64,000 nt of DNA, from the NCBI GenBank assembly GCA_977018835.1, contig OZ361258.1:1984001-2048000 (forward strand), read 5' to 3'. The DNA comes from Minutocellus sp. GHC0000111 (lineage: Eukaryota). The position numbers and the translations under genes were made by a program. Positions 12,845-24,677 of this stretch are shown here, in pieces; positions within the stretch are counted from its first letter, which is position 1; every line of letters starts with the position of its first letter. The notes under the pieces were generated by a model. That model made no database searches. It was given only the letters and a program-made list of their open reading frames with translations, and was not told the origin of the DNA.

Positions 12845-15800
12845 ATGAGTTCTGCTGCTGCCAACGAGCACGGCAAGGATACTGATGATGACGACTTCTT
12901 TGTGGACGAGGACCTCCAAGCGGAACGCGCCCCGCTGCCGTCCGCCGAAGTCCCCGGGACTGCTGATGATGGGGACAACTTGGCGTATCACATCACTTCC
13001 GCCGAGCTGGGAATGGAGATCGTGGCCGACGTAGACAGGGGAGCCGCCGCACCGCCCAGAACTGGGCGGCCGATTCAAGACCTCATCGCCCTGGTCCGCT
13101 TCAGCGTCAACTTCATTGTCCGGAACGGCCAGCTTTGTCACAAAACTCCCATCCCACCCCCCTCGGACGTTGCCGAGCTCGAGTACGTCAGCGCGCTGCA
13201 TCAGTGCTCCAACATGGACGGCCTTCGGCAGGACTGCTCGGTCACGGCCGAGGAAATTTCGTACTACCTCAAGAGCCGCCATGGACTGTGCGTTTCGCCA
13301 ACAACGGTGAAGGAATGCATCCTCGATAACGGCCTAACGCCCGACAAGGATGACGACCGCGATCAACACCACGCCATCGTTGCCGGCCCTCGAGAGAGAG
13401 GAGAGGGTGGTGTGATGGATCTCGTAGAACTGACTTCGGCCCTCCTCATTCCCAATCTCTTGTGCATCCGCCAAGCCTATGCCCAGCAGTGTGATGCAAG
13501 CGATGGCAAAACCAATACATGTACCCTTGACGGATGCAAAAGACCTGCCGAATCCACAATCACTTCACCTTCTCACTTCAGAAAGCGTGCCAGCTTGGAC
13601 GGATCAGGCCCTCATGACGATAGAGTTGATCAGCTAGATGCTGTAGGTGCGACCCTGTCCATTATGTTGGCCGATGTCACCGGAGATACTTCCGCCAAGG
13701 TACTAGATGAAAATCTTGTGAGGGAATTTTTATTGGCCTACGGAGAAGGTGACCTAGCCGCCGATACCGAACTCCTTCGGGAAATGGTGGAAGTTGCCAC
13801 CTGTGAGCCCAGGAAGAGTGATGCTTCTGGTGCTGCTGCCCAAGACGAGCAGAAGAGAACTCTAGATGTTGAGACGTTCCTATCTGCCCTAACCTCGGAC
13901 GTAAATCGCAGGTACGATGCCCGTCGACTCGAGCGACAAACGACCAACTTTCAGGATGTTTGGGTCGTCGGGTCCGACTGTGCAGAAGGGCATGATGGCA
14001 ATGTCTCCAACGTCGATTCCGCGATTCTGGCTAATTTCAGCAGCCACAATGACGACGAAGAACACCAATTTGAGAGTCTAGCGACGACTCGGGTGAGTAT
14101 TCGGAGTCAAACTGCCGCCGAAGCGTTCCGCCTAAAGAAGATAAAGGAACTGCAGGATGACAAGGATGGAAACAAAGAAGCAGCCGAAAGGGGCAAGAAG
14201 AAGTCCATCCTTCGTCTATACACTGGCGAGGCATACGATTTCTTCGCGGATACTTATCGCGACAGAATTCAGGTGTTTGTGGTCTGGTTGACATTTGCGT
14301 TGTGTTACGTTGCCTACGCCCTCACGGCGCCATTCGTCGAGCCGTATCAGTCCAAACATTGTCAGGGAACAGATATCGCCGCGCGCATTGTCTGTCCTCT
14401 TGTATCAGGCATTGTGAAGCAATTCAGTACCATTGTCATATTGTTTGTCTTTGCAACTCCTTTCGTCCTACTGGCTTCTGTTGGAAATACGATTGAGGGC
14501 CGAGAATCCATCCGTTGGATGGTTTTACTGGTTGTTATTATGGTAGGATACTGCTCGATATGGGCCTTCGCCGAGTGGCGAATCCCTTTTTTGGTGTCGA
14601 CGGAGGTCAATTCCGAAACAGACCTGTTACTCAAAATGATAGTTTTCAGTGGTGTCGTTATCATTGCTCTTCTTCAGGCGGTACATATTGCAATGCTTGC
14701 TTTTTGTTGATACTTACCCTCCTGGCACGTCGAACGATCCCGCTACTTTGCATTTGGTAATGCAACATATGAATCAAAAGTGAAGCAATCAGGGTTGTTC
14801 AAAGTGCAGAAGATGCTGTCGAATGCGCACGATGTCCATAGGGTCGTTGTGAGACAGCGATTGGCAAAAGGAGTTTCTACTATGGACAATGGACTTTCCC
14901 ATTGGGGTTCAGCGCTACGTGAATATACGAGGCGCGAGGCTGTACAGGTCTACATCGGGGGTGTCTTCTGGACTTGGAAACGCTGCTTCCGAGGAGATCT
15001 CTTCACTAAAGATGGGATATGGATCAGTGCTCGACAAGTGTGTGGAATGCTGGCCCAGCTTCTTGGCATCGCAATTGTTCCCATCGCTGCTTTCTTCGCC
15101 ATTCCATACGCCCAGGAAAGAGTCAATCCAGATGGCGGGCAAAATAACTTCGGTGCCAAATTATCACTTGGGGTTGGACGACATTAAAGTTTCGCCGAGG
15201 TGTCCTGGGATCGCTCAAGTCGGAGGACTTTCTTCATCGATACCGCTTCGCTCTTGATCAAGCGACTCTTCAGATACCTGGTTGCTTTTTTGGAATCCTT
15301 TTCTCCGCTATTGCCATGGGTTTCTTGGTAGGTGGATTTATCTACACACTGTTTTGGGAAAAGACTCAATTTTTTTTGTTCGGGATCATTGGCAATCTTC
15401 TCGGACTATCGGTCGTCATTATTTTGAAGATAGTTGCAATGCAGATCATTTGATTTAGTCACTACAAGGCCTTCTACCGCACTCGCCCATTGAGTGCAAA
15501 TGTTGTCAATGTCTGCATGGAGTGCTATGCATTTGCCATCAGCATATGGTTCATGCTTGTACGGACTATCAGAATCCTAATCATTGCTGCTTTGTATCTG
15601 GGTAGGGTCGACACACCTCTCTTTGCCCCTGGCGTTGGTATTTTTGGCCCTCTTGAGGTTGATAATTGGCCGACTGTCACAAGAAAAGAAATTCTGACTC
15701 ACGAGGCACACCGCCACCCTTACATTGAGACGTTAGGCTATTTATACATGATGCAGCTGCGGTACCATGGCGACAGCTCTTTTGCCAGGAGGGCCAACTC

Positions 15801-16131
15801 TGCATGGAGAGTTATATTTGTCCAGGCATGCTTCCCCTGGCTACACAAGTACCGTGATAATGTTAGAGGGCCAAAGCGTACTAGAGCTTTGACTTCTACG
15901 ATGGATCAAAACGGGCAACTAGAGAGGATGCTCGAGAGAAATGGTGATGAAAACAATGATCTACGGCTAATGGCGAAATCAATGGTTTCGTCTCGTTGGC
16001 TAATTTCTAATGATGATGATGATGACAAGGTTGAGTCATACGGAGAACAAAGCGAAGATGAAATAGAAGCAGAAATCGCTCGACTAAAGAAGGAACTGGC
16101 AGCGATTCGTAAGGCGAAACAAAGGCTGTGA
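12845..16131 (+). pseudogene. Large multi-TM protein of a diatom STRA6-like family; two in-frame TGAs and a frameshift
   Basis: TGAs at 14708-14710 (FC*YL) and 15451-15453 (II*FS) are both followed by in-frame coding sequence. There is a frameshift/deletion near 15178 before TTLKFRRG. The C-terminal motif is GRVDTPLFAPG...HEAHRHPY. Confidence 0.7.
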
Positions 16132-16335
16132 TATGCACATATTCTTGCATGTACACAACTAATCAACAGGAGTGCCGATCATGTAATCTGTGCTATGTCA
16201 AAATGATGATACATAAGAAAGTGTTACTTTTCACGGTTCTTGACGAGCTCATCAATTCTAGTAATCTAGGCCTATGCGGGAAGTGATCCATGAAAGCGGC
16301 CATAAGAAGCAATGGGCTAGCTAGCCAAGCTTCAG

Positions 16336-17307
16336 CTATAACGCAGTGTCTGCTAAATCAACAGTCAACAAAACACGGCCTTCGAAGGGCGAAAGGTCTG
16401 GACTTTTGTGAGCCGCGGCATGAAGTGTACCAGATTCACCATCGCTCGCTTTGCCCACTGTGTCCCATTCTCTGCCCATCAGTATCACAGCTTCACCGAC
16501 CTTGGAGTGCACAACGCCTTTATCGTCCGGCAAAATAATTCTATTAGCTCTGACTGAATCATCCATGTCCAGGCCGTTCAATGCATGTCTATCAACGTAC
16601 ACATTGTTGGTTGCATGGGGCGATATACTTTCGGGAATGTAGTCGCATCCCGGTCCAACAAGACTCATGATGAGCCGCACGGGAACATGGTCGAGATGCC
16701 ACCTTGGGCATTTGGTACCAATGGGACCGCGTGAGGCCACTATCCTTGCCTTGCATTTCCGTGCTACCCCTCCAGACGCAAACGACACGTAATCCTGGAA
16801 GTAGGACAGTGCAGCCTGCAAGTGTTGGAGTGTCTCATCATTGCCATCTTGAATTTGAATGTCACACTCGTCGAGTATCTGCCGTGCTCCTTCCACTGGA
16901 TCGTCAAATAACACTGTAACGTCAGCAGCGAGGATGCCACGTCGCATCTGTCTGCCACCTTTGCCCATCGCACCGCTCAACAAGGTTCCTACCAAATCAG
17001 CCTTTGGGACAATACTTTTCCACGCCGAAGCTACATTGGGCGAAAGAGGTAGTTCGCGCTTATCGGAATTGTGATATTGGAAATGCGGGTGCTTTTGAAG
17101 GGTAACTGGGGCATCGACCACTGCCGTCATTCTCAGGTTGGTCGTGACGTCGACTTTAAAAATGACGAAGGCCGCGGCGAACGGATCTGCTGATCGATGC
17201 AGAAGTAGCGTCAGAAGTGCCGCGCCCTTTGCTGCATGGGCCACCACTGGCCTTAATCTTCGCATTTGTCTGCGCTTGTGTGGATTCATATTATTGTTGG
17301 TCGCCAT
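16336..17307 (-). CDS. DUF1826 family protein (2OG-Fe(II)-like fold), probably plastid-targeted
   Basis: Motifs CPRWHLDHVPVRLI, GPGCDY and HKSP...RVLLTVD are present. A hydrophobic signal is followed by AAAF. Confidence 0.8.
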   Translation of the reverse strand: MATNNNMNPHKRRQMRRLRPVVAHAAKGAALLTLLLHRSADPFAAAFVIFKVDVTTNLRMTAVVDAPVTLQKHPHFQYHNSDKRELPLSPNVASAWKSIVPKADLVGTLLSGAMGKGGRQMRRGILAADVTVLFDDPVEGARQILDECDIQIQDGNDETLQHLQAALSYFQDYVSFASGGVARKCKARIVASRGPIGTKCPRWHLDHVPVRLIMSLVGPGCDYIPESISPHATNNVYVDRHALNGLDMDDSVRANRIILPDDKGVVHSKVGEAVILMGREWDTVGKASDGESGTLHAAAHKSPDLSPFEGRVLLTVDLADTAL

Positions 17308-17339
17308 TTGCTTTGCAATGCATTGCTCAATTCCTTGGT

Positions 17340-20300
17340 TTTTTCCCCCGAGGCAGTTCGGACCAGTGGACGAAAGCCATTGTGTTGGAGGGAATGCTAG
17401 CACTGTTTCCTTCCAACTCGGCCGTTAGCCGTCCAATTTCATCGATGTTTGCTTGAATGAATTGGTCCCTCATGTTCGTTTTGAGGAGGTCGCGGTATTC
17501 AAGCATTGCACCAGTATCGGGATGGACGACGGCGTTAGCAAAGTGTTGGAGGTTTGGTAAAGGCGAGAAAGCTGCCATCATGTTGGCCACGTGGTGGGAA
17601 CTACGACGAGATGATGGCCGTGGGGGAGGGTTCCGATGTGGAATGTACCCTCGCTGACGGTATGATCGTCGTCGAGGTGGTTTGGCGGTCGATGGTTTGG
17701 ACTTGCTTGTCGATTTTGCTGGAGCTGGTAATGTTGGAGTGGTATCGATCGTTGGAGACTTGCGTTTACGTTGCCGACGGGAGGTGGGGGCATTGGAACT
17801 TTGATTGGATGTTACGACGGTTGCATCGTCGTCATGATTATCATCATCGTCGCCGTTGGGCTCGTCTACTGCAGCCAAAGGATTGTAGTAGTTGGAAGAA
17901 ACTGACGAGCGAGGTGGCGCGTTGGATCGACGTGATCGACGGCTTTTAGTGGTGGCTGCATCACATGTGGAGGATTTTGCCACCCTCGGAGGTTGCTGGG
18001 GCTGAGGCAACGGAGCGTTGGGGTTGGAGACAAGGTGACGGCCTACTTCAGTCTCGTTCATCTCTTCTACGTCGTCGTCCTCGTATTTGATTTTGTAGTA
18101 CTTATACTTCTTGTCAAATGCAACGACTCTGCCCTTGTAATTGCGATCTCCAAACACTTTGGCGACGATGGTACCGAGGCGGAATCGTTGGGAGTCGTCA
18201 TCGTTCTCCAGCACCCTCGGAGCTGCGGTTGTCTGCATCGTCTCATCAGAGGCGGAGGTGGCAGATTCTGCTGGGGTCACGCTGTTGAAAATCTCGGAGA
18301 GCTTTTCTAAAGCTTGACGATGCTCGTCTCGAAGGGGAGCAAGGGGTGCCGCTGGATGTGGATTCTGTAGAGCGTGCAGGAGTTCATGAGCTGCGACTAT
18401 TGCTGCATCGGTCGACGACGTTTTTGGTACCGGAATCATTTTGGGGAGCCAGACGAGTGTGTTACCAGTGCGTTCCGCCCGAGTTTTCTCAATCCAAACC
18501 TTGTAACACCGGCAGTGTTCCATGGCTGGACCGACATAGTACCCATCAACGCCATGCGGGGACCAAGAGCCGCGTGCCGAGGGCATCTCGTGAAAGATGA
18601 CCTTGCATCCGAGGGGGCCGAGAGGCGTGCGATTGAAATAAAAGCCGCCATTGAGTTGCTCGTGCGCTGATAGTCGAGGGTTGACTCGGGATGCTCTCAG
18701 GAAATTGAGGGTCATTACCGCCTGCTCCAGCAATTTATCCCACAAGATGAGGGGAAAGTCGGGATCGGCACCACAGAGAATCGCAATGAAATGATTCTTA
18801 AAGGTTCGAATGGCTCGTTCGGCCGCATTTCGGCGTTGGGAGTGCGTTGGGGTCAATTGAAAATCTACATCCTTTTCTTCCATGAACTCCTTCAGCTATC
18901 GACTCACTTCATTATCCAATCGTTGCAATTTTGGGCGAAATCCTCGCTTGGAGAGGTATTCGAAAATAGTTTGGTGCGCTCGGCGCATTTCCGTTCCCGA
19001 TCGGCTTTTCATTGGTTCGGCCAAGATGCTGTTGGAGTCATAGTCATAGACGACCATTATGTGCTGGTGGCCAGAAATAGACGATACCAAGAAACGGCCG
19101 GGCTGATCTGAGAAGATCTGGCCCGTTATGTCATGACAATCAGCAAAGACATAGTTGGTGCGCTGTTGGTGTTGTGCCGGGTGGAGATCCTGCTCGGTTT
19201 CGTCCACCCCAGGGAGAGATTTTGGCGTAGCCATCGACCGTTTGGGCTTGGTCGACCTGATGTTCTTGCGCTGCTGGTCTAAGTGACCTTTAATCATCGG
19301 TATCGACTGTGGCATGTGCTTACGTACAAGCTTTGATGTGAGGCCTGGCCAAGATCTATAAAATCCCGCATCGATTGCTTTGCACCAGGTGGATAGCTGA
19401 GGACTGCCAGCGCACCAATGTAAAAAGGCTACACGTTCTGGAACCGTCTCCTGGGCAATTGCGGCGTTGGCAGCACATTGGATGACGTTGGGGCCGGGGA
19501 GCGGCGACATGGTGGGCGAGCAATTAAGATCTACCATCCACAATTTCGTTGAGGGGTCTCGTTTGCCTTGCAAAATGACGGTGTTGTCCTTGGCGATGAC
19601 TACCGAGTCCTTATCGAAAGTGGCAACACATCCATCGTCACACAGCTGCCCAATCGATAGGAGCGATGATGCCACATTATTGAAAACACAGGCCTTGCTA
19701 GCCGATGGGGAAACCCCAGGGAGGCGAAGCGTGGCCTCGTGGGTGTTCGTCATTGTGCTATTATCCGGAAGGGTGACGCTGATAGGAATTGCTGTCTGTT
19801 GGACGTTGAAAATAGGGCCATCGCACGACAGGTGTTGGGGCTTCTGGACTAAACGTCCCGTCGTTCCAGTGTCTGCTGCGAGGACGATTGGCTCTTGAGT
19901 TGGAGGTTTGCTTTTTGACGTAAGAAAAGCTAACGAAGGCGGGGAGGAGGTGGATTCAGATGTGCTGTCCTCCACTTTATGCTGATCAATATCCACCGTC
20001 CCTCCCGCTCAGTTACGACGCGAGCTACCACCGCAAGGATTGTGCTTGGTGGCGTTATCAACGTGGTTGGGCCCTTTGCAAGTGCATTCAAAGCTGGGGT
20101 GGTTGGACGAATAGCCGCACGTGTGGCAACAATGGCCTCTGGGGAGGATCGACTGCAGTTCCCGCTTCTCCTGGCGGTTGAGGTTAGGACCTTGGCCTGG
20201 GAAGTGGCCGGCGCCGTTCTGCTGGCCACCGCCACGGTAGCCTCCACTGCCACCAGCATGGTTGCGTCCCTCACGCAGAACGCGGTTCTCGGCCTTGAGT

Positions 20301-21736
20301 GAAGCTATTTCTTGGCGAAGTTTGGCAATGGTGTCATCCTTCTCGTTGCTCTTTTTGGCGAGGTTCGCCATCATGGCTTGGTTGGTCTTGAGGGCTTCGG
20401 TGGTGTCAGCCAAAAGGAGATCGGCTCGAGAAAGAAATTGATCGTCCGAGGCCGATGAGGCCAAATTCGCGCCATGATATCCTGCCGCTTCGGTGGTGGC
20501 ATTGGCCATCTTCTTATCATGCCAATCGCGGAAGTCCGACTGCATGTTGGCCCACGTGCGTTCGGCCTCCGGTCTGTCGTCCCAGTCCTCGCATGCCTTC
20601 TTTGCCAATGAGAACCTGCGCACGGAGCGGCAGAACTTGGAGACCTTTTGCTTGTTTGTGAAGGGTTCGCCGGCCGTTTCAAACGCCTTGAAGACTTTGT
20701 TGAACATGGCGATGTGGGTGTCGATGGGTCCCCCGTTGTGCGTGCTGCTTCTCGAGCTGCTTCTCTAATTCCTCCTTCTGAGTCTCGTTGAATTTCAAGC
20801 AGCGATCGGCAATGCTGTCGATGATTTGGCGGATGGTGACTGGCTGGAAACCGAGCATGTCATCTTCGAGATGATTGATGTAGACGGCGTCGATCGAGTC
20901 GAGGAGGAGATTCTTGAGCGCCGTGTTGACTTGCTCGTACAAGTTGTAGTGGCCCTTTTCGATGCAACATCCCCGGATTGCACGATCGCGTTGGTCTAGA
21001 TTGGCCACGGCGGGAATGGTGGGGCTGGGGCCAGGATTTGCCGGAGGCACATGTGGTCGGCCGTTACTTTTGGTGGTGTGTTCGGCATCGCTGACGACGA
21101 GGCCCAAATGGCCGAGGCCATGGTCATCATTGCACCCTGCTGGAATGCTGGCCGCCGCTTGTTGAAGTTCCTTGAGCGCTTTGGCAACACGCTCGCGTTG
21201 GGGAGGTTGTCCTGGGTCGTTCATACGTGTGATTAACTTGGTGGGGAGAATCGGCGCTGCGCCGAGAGGTTGGCCAAAAACTGCGTCGGGATTCATGCTG
21301 GTGTTTCAGTCAGCGAAGAAGACAGGCAGCAGCACGGCGGTGTTGCTGCGAGACGTGTGATCGACAGAAGGTTCGATCCAGAGAAGTGTGATCGATTGGA
21401 TGGGTCGATCTGGTCAGGACTTTCGGGGAAGGGATTGGATCGTCGTTCCAACATTGTCGAAAGAAACGGTCGTTTTGGCCGATTGAAGATGTGTCGGTTT
21501 TTCTTGCGTGACGAGTGAGAACCCAAGACAAACCGGTGAGGTGCGAACCGAAATGGGGCGAGCACGGGTGGAAAAGATGTATCACGTAGGTCTGCTAAGA
21601 GGTCCTAAAGCTAAGCTAGATAGACATAGCTAGTAGAGGTTAATAGGACCTACGTAGATGAAAAATGGGCCATCGGAGTTGTCGTTGGCCCATGGATCAA
21701 CGGTCAGGAGAGGGCACTGAGTCAGTGGTCTGATCA
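17340..21736 (-). mobile_element. 3'-truncated Ty1/Copia LTR retrotransposon (diatom CoDi-like): 5' LTR, gag, PR, IN, Tudor-like module, start of RT
   Basis: gag has GHLGLV and a CHTCG...H...C knuckle. Protease has ADTG and SLLSIGQLCDDGC. Integrase has SDQPG/RLDNE/AAERAI and GYYVGPAMEH. RT starts at EYRDLL...EIGRL and stops near 17340. Lesions are a GCAC duplication at 20738-20745 and an in-frame TAG at 18896-18898. Confidence 0.92.
21537..21736 (-). repeat. Candidate 5' LTR (200 bp, TGA...TCA) of the Copia element
   Basis: On the minus strand it begins TGATCA and ends CCTCA, upstream of the gag leader. There is no second copy in the window to confirm it. Confidence 0.5.
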
Positions 21737-22247
21737 CCGTACGTACCGTACGTATGTATACGTACGTACGTATCCCACACACAACATTTGCTGGCGTGGC
21801 TCTTTCTGCCTGCTCGTTTTCGCTTCTGACTGCCTGACTTCTGACGCGGTGACGCGGCCGGTCGATGCTGAGAAGATGAGAAGCAACGCGCAGATCGTAC
21901 GGTACGTACGGAACTTGCCATTTTGGCCAGGGCCCGCAGCAAACAGCAACAACAACAATAAGGCGAACAAGAACAACAACAGCCACTGCAGTGAAGACAA
22001 TACCGGTAATGCATCATTTCATCTTTCCTCTTGAGGAAGTTGCACTCATAATCATGAGGATTTGACTGTTTTGTAGATTTCTACGTAGCTACAGCTTTTA
22101 CATGTACATATTTGGAATCTAGATCTACATGTAGTGCAGGCCTCCACACGTCTCGTTCAGCTTCTCTTCTGAGATGAAGGGCGTTCAAGAGAGATCCATC
22201 GAGTGGGAGAATTGCCCCACTTGTAGTGCGCAGTAACCCTAAATATA

Positions 22248-23021
22248 TTATTCAGAACTGCTAGGTATCGTCCCCGCTTTGGTCACTAATTGTAGCAATG
22301 CCTTCCACGGAGGCAATTCCCATTCTTCGTCATAAAACCTGACTCTCACGCCTTCCCCACTCTCATTGCTGGCATCGCCTTGCTCTTTATTATACCAAAA
22401 CTTTGTTCGGCCTATCACATCGATCCTTGGCTTCCACGGGAGGCCAGTCAAATCCCCCACCATATTCCATCGGCTCTGAACGTATCCCTCTGATTCATTC
22501 AGCGAGATATCCAAGAGGTTGCTTGCGCACCCGCCAGGTTCGATAAGAGAGTCTACGATCGGCCGAAGATTCGAAACGTTCGACACAAACTTATCTCTTC
22601 CCGTGAATGTCAGTGTCGGATCTGTGAATTGACAGTCTTCTTCGAAGGCGGCCAAGTCAATATCACCGGTCCACAAATAGTTGTTTACAATGTAATCCTC
22701 TCTTATCCTTTCCAGTAATTCTTGCGGCGAAGCTGGAGCAGGCGACAACTGCTTTTCTTTTTCACTAGCATCATTTGACGGGCCCATGATAAGATTCACC
22801 ACTCCAGTCAACGACGAAACAATACTCCTCGAAGAGGCATCGGATGTTTCATATGTGCTTGTTGATGTTTCTACATCTTCGCTGGCATTGTTGGCGGCGA
22901 ATAGCTGAGTGCGTCTGCTGCTACTACACATTTTGCTGCCTCCAGAGAAAGCGAAAGATGCAGCTTCGAAAGGAAAGCATACGATAGCGAACACACACGG
23001 GTATAGCGCAGGCGATTTCAT
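22248..23021 (-). CDS. DUF2358 / NTF2-like protein, probably plastid-targeted
   Basis: Contains NYLWTGDID...FEEDCQFTDPTLTFTG, RWNMVG, LPWKPRIDVIG and YDEEWE. The signal peptide is followed by ASFAF. Confidence 0.8.
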   Translation of the reverse strand: MKSPALYPCVFAIVCFPFEAASFAFSGGSKMCSSSRRTQLFAANNASEDVETSTSTYETSDASSRSIVSSLTGVVNLIMGPSNDASEKEKQLSPAPASPQELLERIREDYIVNNYLWTGDIDLAAFEEDCQFTDPTLTFTGRDKFVSNVSNLRPIVDSLIEPGGCASNLLDISLNESEGYVQSRWNMVGDLTGLPWKPRIDVIGRTKFWYNKEQGDASNESGEGVRVRFYDEEWELPPWKALLQLVTKAGTIPSSSE

Positions 23022-23346
23022 GGCTGGCGAATATCAGTTGTCGTTCAGCGGTCCGTCGAGGAAGCCGATGGAAAAAATGAGGTGGCAGTGTGCAAGTGCA
23101 TTGTGCTTGCATTGGCTCTTACTAGCTAGTGGTTGGTCAATGGAATGCTAGTGGCTATTATTAAGTATTTCCTGCGGCTATGCCAGGCATGCCAGGCTGC
23201 TTTGCAGCTTTTCCTGCTTCCTGCCAGTCATCCGTCCGCTCCTTACAGTACCGGCAGCAGTGTTTCAGTTCAGGAAATGTATCGGAAGATCTTATGAACT
23301 ACTGTGGAGTCTGCAACCTCGCCTGCTTTTGTCATTTCTCCTTCTC

Positions 23347-24480
23347 TCAAACCAAACCTGCATCCTTCGTCCAAGATGCCTTTCCAGCATGCCTCGTAAT
23401 TTCGCATCGACCATCTCCATATCGACCGCATCCTCTCATTGGAATGGCTCTCGCCAAGACATCTCGACCCAGTACATTGAGGAAGGTAGTGTCCCACTCA
23501 CCCGATGGTAGCCTCTGGAAAAGTTCACAGGGCAATGTATGAACGTCCTCCACTTCCTTCTTGTCATTTTTGCTGCGATATCGTTCCACAGCATCTCCGA
23601 TCATTTTGGGTCCTGTGGTTGACAGCACGATATTGGAGCCCTTTCTCTCCTTCATGATCTCGACCGCAACATTCCAAAATGGATGGCCAGGTGCCGTGGC
23701 CGTCATCAAGCTGTTTTGCCATATTTCGTTGTACCGATAAGGCGATTCGACCAACCCAACTCCGTCGGGGATCAACTCTTCCAGCTCCTTGGCATTGGAA
23801 GTATGTAGTGATATATCCGTGTCGGCATATACCCCACCATACTTGGAGAGAATCAGATAACGGCATGAATCAACCCGCTGGATGGTGTGTGGAAAGTTAT
23901 CGTACGTATCGGCAAAATCTTGGAAGTAGTCTTCCACCAGACTCCTGCAAGCATTGTCGGACCAGTAGACGCTAGTCCATTCCGAGTCTGGCAATTTAGC
24001 AATATCTACACCTGGATAGGTCAGACTTTCCTTTGCTATCCCCAATGCCTTGCGCCACGACTTGGTCTCCTCCGTGAGAGCATCCGTCTTGCTTTGATAG
24101 TGAAAAAGCCGCGGCAGTGTTGGGGGCGCACTACCACCATCGCTGCGTTTAGACTCCTCCAGAACTGCACACGGATCTCTCGCCGTCAAATCCGAATAAA
24201 GGGTTCCAAATATCAAAACGCAAGCTATTGCTCCGAACAAAATGAGCGGATAAGTCAGATACCACCGACGATACAGCAGCGCCATCCAATGACGACGAAC
24301 GCTAACGCTCATCGGGGCATGTGTTGTGCTCGGTTTGTTGGTAGGTGGTATATCATTTTCACCGACCGCATTGGGTGGTCGGTGCAAAGGAAGGGTTTCC
24401 TCTGCCTCAGTTGCTGTCGATGGTTCGTTGTGACGCTGACGGCGGAGCATTGTGCCGGCACCTGTGTTGGCTTTTTCCAT
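23347..24480 (-). CDS. Glycosyltransferase family 32 (DxD, SUR1/OCH1-like), type II membrane protein
   Basis: Contains RVDSCRYLILSKYGGVYADTD, NSLM...PGHPFW and TTGP, with a single N-terminal TM. The likely start is MEKANTG. Confidence 0.85.
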   Translation of the reverse strand: MEKANTGAGTMLRRQRHNEPSTATEAEETLPLHRPPNAVGENDIPPTNKPSTTHAPMSVSVRRHWMALLYRRWYLTYPLILFGAIACVLIFGTLYSDLTARDPCAVLEESKRSDGGSAPPTLPRLFHYQSKTDALTEETKSWRKALGIAKESLTYPGVDIAKLPDSEWTSVYWSDNACRSLVEDYFQDFADTYDNFPHTIQRVDSCRYLILSKYGGVYADTDISLHTSNAKELEELIPDGVGLVESPYRYNEIWQNSLMTATAPGHPFWNVAVEIMKERKGSNIVLSTTGPKMIGDAVERYRSKNDKKEVEDVHTLPCELFQRLPSGEWDTTFLNVLGRDVLARAIPMRGCGRYGDGRCEITRHAGKASWTKDAGLV

Positions 24481-24677
24481 CGTTGGAAAATGAAGACCGA
24501 AGCCAGCGAAAAGGCGTTTAAATTCGGGGTAATGTGGTGATTTTGCGAACGACACCCGGAAATAATAACGCACGAGGTGGGAGCGGAGCTGCTGCCTGAG
24601 ATGTGAGCCACAGCTTTTCTCCCGATCCCGTATCTTCATCCATTGGAGCTGGCCTTTCGCAACGTTAGTATGCAACA

